Source: Octopus sinensis
Taxonomy: Eukaryota
Length of the DNA stretch: 29,772 bases
NCBI RefSeq assembly: GCF_006345805.1
Contig: NW_021832911.1
Location: 1 to 29,772 of the forward strand
Reading direction: 5' to 3'
The notes beneath the pieces were generated by a model that made no database searches, was not told the DNA's origin, and worked only from the letters and a program-made list of their open reading frames with translations. Positions 21,770 to 29,772 of this stretch are shown here, in pieces. Made by a program: the position numbers and the translations under genes. Position 1 is the first letter of the stretch. The number at the start of each line of letters is the position of its first letter.

Positions 21770-21947
21770 AGAAAAGCTACGTTGGTTCCTCTCAAAAGAA
21801 AGGAATACATAAATAAAATCCGAAGTAACTGCAAAAGAGAGTCAATGTTTGCCATATGGCAAACGTTTTTGTTAAATATTGTTATTGTTTTTGTTAAATA
21901 AAATTTGTCGAAAAAAAAAGCCGCAATAATTATGCACCAACCCAATA
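21770..21947 (+). mobile_element. Mariner 3'-end relic with a single Hsmar1/cecropia-type TIR
   Basis: The reverse complement of 21917-21947 reads TA-TTGGGTTGGTGCATAATTATTGCGGC, similar to the Hsmar1 TIR TTAGGTTGGTGCAAAAGTAATTGCGG. Upstream KGIHK resembles the transposase C-terminus. No partner TIR found. Confidence 0.6.
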
Positions 21948-22179
21948 AGTATTCTCTAAATACACACGTCACATTAAACATTTTGATTATATCAATATAA
22001 TTACGTGACTGAATTTTTATTGTTCTTTATCAATTTCATTATGTACTTTGATTAAATTTCTTTAAATATTTCTTTTTAAAAAGTGATAAGGAGAGAGAAG
22101 AACGGCGAAATTCTTGTTTTTTATAATCAATGAATCTTATCAATTAAACGTTTTAATTTTACTTTAGTTATTTAACAAC

Positions 22180-22436
22180 TGTGGAGGCATGTGGCTTACT
22201 GGTTACGGTGTTGAACTCATAATCGTAAGGTTGTGGTTTCGATTCCTCGACCGGGCGATGCGTTGTGTTCTTGAGCAAAGCACTTCATTTCACATTGCTC
22301 CAGTCCACTCAGCTAGCAAAAATTAGTAATCCTGCGACGGACCGGCGTCCCGTCCAGGTGGGGAACACATACGCCACTGAAATCGAGAAACTGGCCCTTA
22401 TGAGCCTGGCATGGCTCCAGAAGGAACATTTTATTT
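22180..22436 (+). mobile_element. Near full-length CORE-type SINE (family F tail)
   Basis: A-box-like TGGCTTACTGG, B-box GGTTTCGATTCC, CORE GAGCAAAGCACTTCATTTCACATTGCTCCAGTCCACTCAGCT, tail CCTGCGACGGACCGG. Confidence 0.85.
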
Positions 22437-22863
22437 AACTACTGGGGGTCAATAAGCTGTTCCCGATTCTATGAAGTGCTCAGTTACATAAGAGATTTGA
22501 TAACCCCGTTGCTAGACAAAGTAACCAAATCCCCTCAAATCACACACTGTTATTTTGAGAAATTACACTTTGGATAAATCTTCCATTGGGGAATGCCACG
22601 GTTAGAAAGCTTTTAATTGTAGATCTATTCGGTCAGTACTGACCCGAAGATTGACAACTAAAAGGAATCTACGTGGTCAACTGATCGGCTAGAAGTAGCA
22701 GCTAACTCTCTCAAATAAGATCTTGGGAAATGAAATCAGATATTGGCTACTGTTGTTGTCTTTACACCTGTACAGATGAGATGGTCGTGTCCGGATTTTT
22801 TTCATTGTGTATCATCTATATGGACACCTGGGGCTAAACAGCACCAACAACAAAAATAACAAC

Positions 22864-23152
22864 TGGCGTTGCGTCGGTTATGTTGACGGGGTTTCCTGTT
22901 GATCCGACCAACGGAACAGCCTGCACGTGAAATTAACGTGCAAGTGGCTGAATACACCACAGGCACGCGTACCTATGCCGCCATTCTCAGGAAGACTCAG
23001 CGCAACACAGAGTGTGATAAAGGGCTCATTTTTACCGGCTGGGTAGATTGGAGCCATGAAATAAAAATTTTCTTGTTCAAGGACAGAGCGCTCCTCCCAG
23101 AATCGAACTCACGACGTTACGATCGAAATCCAGTAAGCCACGCGCTTTCACG
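22864..23152 (-). mobile_element. Diverged family E SINE (CORE plus family C tail)
   Basis: CAACGGAACAGCCTGCACGTGAAATTAACGTGCAAGTGGCTGA is the reverse complement of the tail at 12200-12245. Carries a single copy of the 27-bp motif near 22995-23025. Confidence 0.8.
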
Positions 23153-23359
23153 TCAACAATAACAACCAGCATTAGCAATAACAACCTCGCAATTTACCTT
23201 TTTATCGCAAATACAGTCAAATAAGTTCATACTTCTGTCTCGTCTTTGCAAATCAGAAACAGAAAATATCAATGAGTGCAGTTTTCTTTCCAACATCTGC
23301 GTTGTGTGCGAGTGTGCGTTTTGCATGCGTGTGTATGTGTGCGTGTGAAAACAGGGTAA

Positions 23360-23386
23360 TGTATATATATATATATATATATATAT

Positions 23387-23433
<47 letters not shown>

Positions 23434-23644
23434 GTAATATATATATATATCTATATATAGATGGAGTCCTTTCTATCTATATATGTTATTATATATAGTA
23501 TAGATATATATATAATATATATATATTATCTATAGATGTATATTATATATATTATATATATGATGTATAATATATATATATATAATATATATACATATAT
23601 ATATATAGGTACATATATATGTATATATATATAGAGAGAGAGAT

Positions 23645-23683
<39 letters not shown>

Positions 23684-23801
23684 GATGTATATATATATAT
23701 AGATGTAATATATATATATAGATGTATATATATATACATATATATATATTATATGTATAGATGTATATATATATATATAGTGTATATATATATGTATATA
23801 T

Positions 23802-23843
<42 letters not shown>

Positions 23844-23922
23844 GTATATACATCTATATATATATATATATCTATATATATATATATATATCTATAGATA
23901 TATATATATATATATATATACT

Positions 23923-23970
<48 letters not shown>

Positions 23971-23990
23971 GATATAGATAGATGTATAGT
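23360..23990. repeat. Very long interrupted (TA)n tract
   Basis: Directly visible; recurrent AGATG interruptions at about 23640-23770. Confidence 0.95.
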
Positions 23991-24444
23991 GTGTGTGTTT
24001 CCGTCTTTCTTACACTGCTCTCCACGTATGAACGCCTCCTTTACGTGTGTCTGAGGATTTATTAGCAAATGTGGTCTGAGTAAACAAATCAAAGATAATA
24101 TAAACATGATTTTCAAATATGTTTACGTAGGCTTTTCTTTCGCTCGGCTTCACCGTTTCTTTATATATATATATATATATATCTTTAGCCGACATTATAA
24201 TATACCTGTTCCCTGTTAACTGTCTGTTAACTTGAAACTAACTTGATAGATAATATTTAGAGAGCCGAGTTAGTTTTCCGAAGCAATACAACACCTGTAC
24301 AATTGAATAATGTTTATCTTCAAAAATTTCCACCAGCCGAAGGTGTCTTTCCCTTCGCTCGCAGACAGTAACAGAATCTGAGAAGAAGCTGAGAAGATAA
24401 AAGATTATTGCTCAAGCGTAGGGAGTGGGGGCAAAAAGAGAAAA

Positions 24445-24454
24445 AACACACACA

Positions 24455-24535
<81 letters not shown>

Positions 24536-24822
24536 GTATATATTTGCACCACGTGTATATGTATATACATATATTACATACATACATATATATACATATA
24601 TAAAAAATATATATATATATATATATACATATAAATATATACATACATATGCATGTATATTTTACATGTGAGTAAATTTTATGTGTGTGTATATATATGT
24701 ATATAAAAATATATATACATATATATATACATATACAATATATATATATATACTATATATATATATATATATATATTATATATTACATATATACATATAC
24801 ATATTAATTTAATATATACATA

Positions 24823-24853
<31 letters not shown>

Positions 24854-24910
24854 TATGTATATATATATATATATGCATGTACATATATGCGCACACACAT
24901 ATATGTGTAT
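24445..24910. repeat. (CA)/(TA) compound microsatellite
   Basis: Directly visible. Confidence 0.95.
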
Positions 24911-25039
24911 TTTGAAGTACATGTATGTATGTGTAAACTCCATGTCAAAAATGGTATTTTCCAACCTCAAAGGAATGCGTTTTTTTATAAGACATGAAAC
25001 ACTGCAGTAAATGTCTGATGAAATACTTTCAGCATCCGT

Positions 25040-25040
25040 C

Positions 25041-25072
<32 letters not shown>

Positions 25073-25255
25073 CACCACTACTGCTGCTATACCACCACTG
25101 CTGTCCCCACCACTACTACTACTATTCCTATACCACCACCAGTACTACAACAACTACTACTACTACTGCAACTACTCCTATCACCACTACCACCACCATC
25201 ACTACTACCACCACTATTACCATCACTACCACTAACCCTACTATTACTACTGCTA
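25040..25255. repeat. (ACT/ACC)n trinucleotide tract
   Basis: Directly visible. Confidence 0.9.
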
Positions 25256-25794
25256 CCTGTTATAATTCTTAAGAGCCTAAATAAAATCTTAAGCACGTCA
25301 CCAAGATGATTAGGCAAAGACAGATTTATAAATTTTCTTCCTTTAGAATCTATGGCGAGTGATAAACACTGAAGAATGTTTGGAAAGATGAAACATTCTT
25401 TTAATCATCCGCAGTTTCTTTAATGTTTGCTTAACCATAAATCTTCACTACCACCACAAACATCGCCACCATCACCAACACTGCGACGATATTACTGTTG
25501 TCTTCTTCTTCCAATCAGGACTCACGCCATTAGCCGCAAAGAATAATCTTTAATTCGAGCCTACTCTAAGCTACTAAAAATGCGTGTGGCAACTTGAAGA
25601 TCCACCCACCACACGCGATAGACTGGCGGTCGCACGGGTGCGAAAGCTACGTTGTTATCGTCATTCCGTAAACAGTGGCTCTTAATGGGTGGAGAGCTGA
25701 ACCATCCTGGGGTACAGAGGATTTGCAATCTACACTAGGGTCTGAAAGTTTTACCACATCATAGTGGGTTACATCAAGGTTCCTTTGCTTTATG

Positions 25795-25987
25795 GTAGAA
25801 GTAGGAAGAAAGAGTGAAAGTTGTGGTGAAAGAGTACGGCGGAGTACACCACCCCTCCCCGCCGGAGCGTCGTGGAGCTTGGGTGTTTTTGCTCAGTAAA
25901 CATTCACAATGACCGGTCTGGGAATCGAAACCGCGTTCTTATGACCGCGAGTCCACTGCCCTAACCACAGGGCCACTGCGCCTACAT
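25795..25987 (-). mobile_element. Family C SINE (head plus centre)
   Basis: Reverse complement matches 4558-4760 (GTACTCTTTCACCACAACTTTC, GGTTTCGATTCCCAGACCGG). Confidence 0.85.
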
Positions 25988-26001
25988 TACTGTTGTTGTC
26001 T

Positions 26002-26708
26002 AAGATGGTGAGCTGACAGAATCGTTTCCTCACGTTCTGAGTTCAAATTCCGCCGAAGTTGACTTTGCCTTTTATCTTTTCGGGGTCGATAAATTAAGCA
26101 CCAGTTGTCCTTGTTTGTTCCCTCTGTGTTTAACCCCTTGTGGGTAGTAAAGAAATAGTTTTTTCGTCTGCCGCTACGTTCTGAGTTCAAATTCCGACGA
26201 GGTCGATTTTGCTTTTCATCCTTTCGGGGTCGAAAAATTAAGGCCCAGTTACGCACTGGGGTCGATATTATCGACTTAATCCGCTTGTCTGTCCTTGTTT
26301 GTCCTCTCTATGTTTTGCCCCTTGTGGGCAATAAAGAAATAAGAAACGTTAGCACGCCCTGCGAAATGCTTAGCGGTATTTTGTCTGCCGTTGCGTTCTG
26401 AGTTCAAATTCCACCGAGGTCGACTTTGCCTTTCATCCTTTCGGGGTCGATTAATTAAGTACCAGTTACGCACTGGGTTCGATATAATCGACTTGATCCG
26501 TTTGTCTGTCCTTGTTTGTCCTCTTTGTGTTTAGCCCCTTGTGGGTAGTAAAGAAATAGGTATTTCGTCTGTTTTTACGTACCGAGTTCAAATTGCCTTT
26601 CATCCTTTCGGGGTCGATGATTTAAGTACCAGTGAAACACTAGGGTCGATGAAATCGAATAGTCCCCTTCCCCTAAATTTCAGACCTTGTGCCTTTAGTA
26701 GAAAAAAA
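26002..26708 (+). mobile_element. Family A composite SINE: deleted head, three tail-A units and a terminal unit with the alternative tail
   Basis: Junctions at 26157/26158, about 26341 (re-entry at AGAAACGTTAGCAC) and 26558/26559. Ends CCTTGTGCCTTTAGTAGAAAAAAA. Confidence 0.9.
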
Positions 26709-26739
26709 TGCATAATCATTATTTACATTATTTACATTT

Positions 26740-26862
26740 CACAGATATTTGTACTCATCTTGTTTGTTGTTAACACAACGTTTCGGCTGATATACCCACC
26801 AGCCTTCATCAGGTGTCTGGAGTAAATTTGAACCTGGGTTCTCATTCCTAAAGTATTTTTCG
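26740..26862 (-). mobile_element. Penelope-like element terminal-repeat fragment
   Basis: CCTGATGAAGGCTGG...CAGCCGAAACGTTGT signature, typical of Penelope pseudo-LTR ends. Confidence 0.65.
26772..26817 (-). ncRNA. Minimal type I hammerhead ribozyme (Penelope-type); predicted cleavage between 26777 and 26776
   Basis: RNA 5'-GACAC CUGAUGA A GGCUGG uggguaua UCAGCC GAAA C GU U GUGUU-3': full CUGANGA and GAAA core, 6-bp helix II, 5-bp helix I, palindromic ACGU helix III. Confidence 0.75.
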
Positions 26863-26864
26863 AT

Positions 26865-26865
26865 G

Positions 26866-26921
<56 letters not shown>
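26865..26921. repeat. (TTA)n microsatellite
   Basis: Directly visible. Confidence 0.95.
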
Positions 26922-26923
<2 letters not shown>

Positions 26924-26983
26924 ACATGTGTGTATGTGTGTGTGTGCGTAAATGTATGAATGTATGTATGTAAGTATGTATAC

Positions 26984-27149
26984 TACGGGCTTCTTTCAGT
27001 TCCCGTCTACCAAATCCACTCACAAGGTTTTGGTCGGTCACAGGCAACAGTAGAAGACACTTGGCCAAGGTGCCATGCAGTGATACTGAACCTGGGACCA
27101 TGTGACTGGAAAGCAAGCTACTTACCACACAGCCATTCCTGCGTGCCTA
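26984..27149 (-). mobile_element. Family D SINE 5' half, ending in its (TATG)-type internal microsatellite
   Basis: Matches 11180-11344. Confidence 0.85.
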
Positions 27150-27283
27150 CTTATAATTTTTTTGCAAAATCATCTTTCTGTAGCGTTAAGTACCAAGCAA
27201 ATAGCTATTTTCCATCTTGGATTCGAGTTTATAAAGTGTTTAAATTCATTAACACACACACACATATGTCTGTATAATATATA

Positions 27284-27317
<34 letters not shown>

Positions 27318-27378
27318 CGTTTAAATATTTGTTGTGCTTGATTTTTTTATGTGAAGTCGTGTGTTGAAACGATAGTGT

Positions 27379-27502
27379 ATATTTCGCGAATGGTCATTTT
27401 GCCAGTTTAGCCAATAAAATAACACTGAAGCAAAATAACACCAAATATATAGTGCGTGTGTTTTTATTGGCTAAACTGGCAAAATGACCATTCCGAAATA
27501 TA
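27379..27502. repeat. Long inverted repeat (hairpin)
   Basis: Perfect 32-bp arms at 27388-27419 and 27462-27493, extendable to about 45 bp with small indels. Confidence 0.95.
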
Positions 27503-27803
27503 ACAATATATATATAACAAAATTAGATAGGGGTTGTAAATGCAACCCTCCATGGGATAACATCTATCCAATATACTGCTAGTGAAGTACCCCAACAAAG
27601 TTAATACATAAATGTGAAGGATTGCGATGCAATCAATTCATTTACTGTATTATATGGGCAAAGGTAAAATGATTTTACCATAAATTACTAATACAAGATA
27701 AAGAAATGGAGAAATACATCTAAATCAAATATCAATACCAGATAATACTCATCACATACTTTATTAAAACCACACATAAGAGACTGTAGGGTTAATATAT
27801 ATA

Positions 27804-28183
27804 TCTCTCTCTATATAACGGCAGTTTGTCTGTGCGTGTTCTGTGTGTCTGTTTGCTTTGTACCCTCACTCTGACCACGGCTTCAACCGATTCTGATGAA
27901 ACTTGACACACACATAGCCCAATGTCATAATTCAAAACTAACGCAGCGAAATTTTGAAAAGTTCCCCCAGTTCTGAAAAAATCGATAAATTCGACATGGG
28001 GTCGAGAATAAAAAAAAACAAACCACAGACTGTCTAGGGGACGCAACTCAACCTTTTTTTACTCTCAAAAAAAAATTTACCATCATTTTTTTCCCATTTT
28101 TTTGCTATTTTTTGGCTATAACTCTCTAAAAATGCTTTATAGTTATTTCCCTTACAAACCTGAGCAACGCCGGGCGTTGCTAG
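27804..28183 (+). mobile_element. Non-autonomous Helitron
   Basis: 5' TC after A, 3' CTAG before T, terminal hairpin AGCAACGCC-G-GGCGTTGCT, inserted in (TA)n. Internal CCGATTCTGATGAAACTT motif is typical of invertebrate non-autonomous Helitrons. Confidence 0.8.
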
Positions 28184-28319
28184 TATATATATAAAACAGT
28201 CTAGATTGCATAATTTAGTCGCTGTCTTAACTAAAACACGTGTAGGGTAATTAAATTAATTTACGATTTTTCAGTTTGGATTTTTATCACTCTCTTACAT
28301 CACTCTCCCTCTCTTTCTC

Positions 28320-28419
28320 CTTCTGTCTCTACGTACATACCTACATATGTACATACGTATGAACATACATTATACATACCATACATAATACACATATATA
28401 CATGTATATGTATATATAT

Positions 28420-28515
<96 letters not shown>

Positions 28516-28530
28516 ATATACACGCATGTA
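28320..28530. repeat. (TA)/(TACA) microsatellite
   Basis: Directly visible. Confidence 0.95.
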
Positions 28531-28799
28531 TTTCATTAAACTACACGATTCGGTTCAAGTTTATTTTTATCTATTTTCCGCATTTTTCTTATCTGTTTTT
28601 TACAGCTAATTTGGAACATAAAAACTACTCAATTCATTTTAAACTTTTCCAGACTTTCACACTTTCGTTTTCAAGAATTCATAATACGTAACGTCTGAGT
28701 TGTTGTTTTCTTATATATGCAGGTTGAACTCCCAATGGCTCTAATGGTCCACAAAATCTACTTGAATTCAACCAGTATATAAGAAACACAATATATAAT

Positions 28800-28973
28800 C
28801 AAATGCACACATACACACACACTCACAGACACACAGAGGCATGCACACAAGCACACACACTCAGACACCACACACAAGGCACACACATAGATAAATACAT
28901 ATGCATATACAAACATATATATGTATATACATACACATACTTATACATATATATATGTAGACACACACCACAC

Positions 28974-29022
<49 letters not shown>

Positions 29023-29050
29023 TATATATTATATATATATATATATATAC
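28800..29050. repeat. (CA)/(TA) microsatellite
   Basis: Directly visible. Confidence 0.95.
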
Positions 29051-29320
29051 ATAGCAGAAATGTTACGAAAAGAAAATATAAAATACACGTGGGAAATGTA
29101 AGGGTAAAATATGAAAAATTAACGAAAGTGCATATTGCAAATAGAAAAAGGCTATTTATGACAGGTAGTGATAAATATATACATTTAGATTGATTGAGGT
29201 AGTAATACGAGTCATAAAAGTCATTATTATGAGATGATTATAAGATGATAATAAAGTAAGAGAACAAAACGAACCATTGGTTTACGCAAAGCTATTCATC
29301 GTTTGAAAAACACCGGATAT

Positions 29321-29385
<65 letters not shown>

Positions 29386-29399
29386 TGTACAACCTCTTC

Positions 29400-29610
29400 T
29401 TTTCCCCATTAATCGCTATGCTGGACCACTGAGCTCCTATAACTTTTTCTTTTTCCTTCTCTCTCTCTCTCTTATTTTCTCATTCCTTTCTATTGAAGAG
29501 TCTAGCCTCGAAATTAAAAGACTTTTTCATTTTCCTGAGCGTGAAACTAATACACTTACTTGTTGTTCTTACACATGTCTTCGTCTTTTGTTTTTCTATA
29601 AATTTTAGTT
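29400..29610 (+). mobile_element. Penelope-like terminal-repeat fragment with a decayed hammerhead-like motif (29487-29520)
   Basis: GAAGAG...CTCGAAA...AAAAGAC...TTTCCTGAGCGT parallels 8050-8106. The core is mutated and the ACGT palindrome is lost. Confidence 0.4.
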
Positions 29611-29671
29611 ACATATATATATATAATAATATATATATATACTCACACAAATAAACACATATACACACACA

Positions 29672-29772
29672 CGGCAGGCTTCTTTTTGTTTTCGTCAACC
29701 AAATCAACTCACAGGGTTTGGCCGGCCCAAGGCTATAGGAGACACTCGCCCAAAGTGCGATGCAAGCTTCTA
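29672..29772 (-). mobile_element. Diverged family D SINE fragment, cut by the window edge
   Basis: GGCTTCTTT...CCAAATCAACTCACAGGG...GGCTATAG...GACACTCGCCCAA. Confidence 0.75.

Overview
AT-rich, non-coding animal genomic DNA made up almost entirely of tRNA-derived SINEs, small DNA-transposon derivatives and very long microsatellites. The repeat repertoire looks like an octopod cephalopod (Octopus-type OK/OR SINEs); this is inferred from recognised motifs, not from a search. I cannot support any host protein-coding exon, tRNA or rRNA gene. Nearly all listed ORFs are translations of simple repeats or SINEs. The only clearly protein-derived sequence is a broken mariner transposase at about 18.8-19.25 kb. 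The most notable structures are: (1) a minimal type I hammerhead ribozyme with an essentially intact core in a Penelope-like fragment at 26772-26817 (-), plus two decayed relatives; (2) a mariner derivative built from two inverted 5' ends; (3) SINE concatemers with a fixed ~184-bp unit and a recurrent palindromic junction; (4) a TIR element with a 9-11-bp TSD carrying TTAGGG repeats; (5) a 27-bp minisatellite born inside a SINE tail; (6) nested hAT MITEs, a Helitron, and several perfect hairpins. None of these is demonstrably a new biological system. Several are testable candidates. SINE family labels A-F below are my own working labels, and repeat boundaries are approximate unless TIR/TSD coordinates are given.
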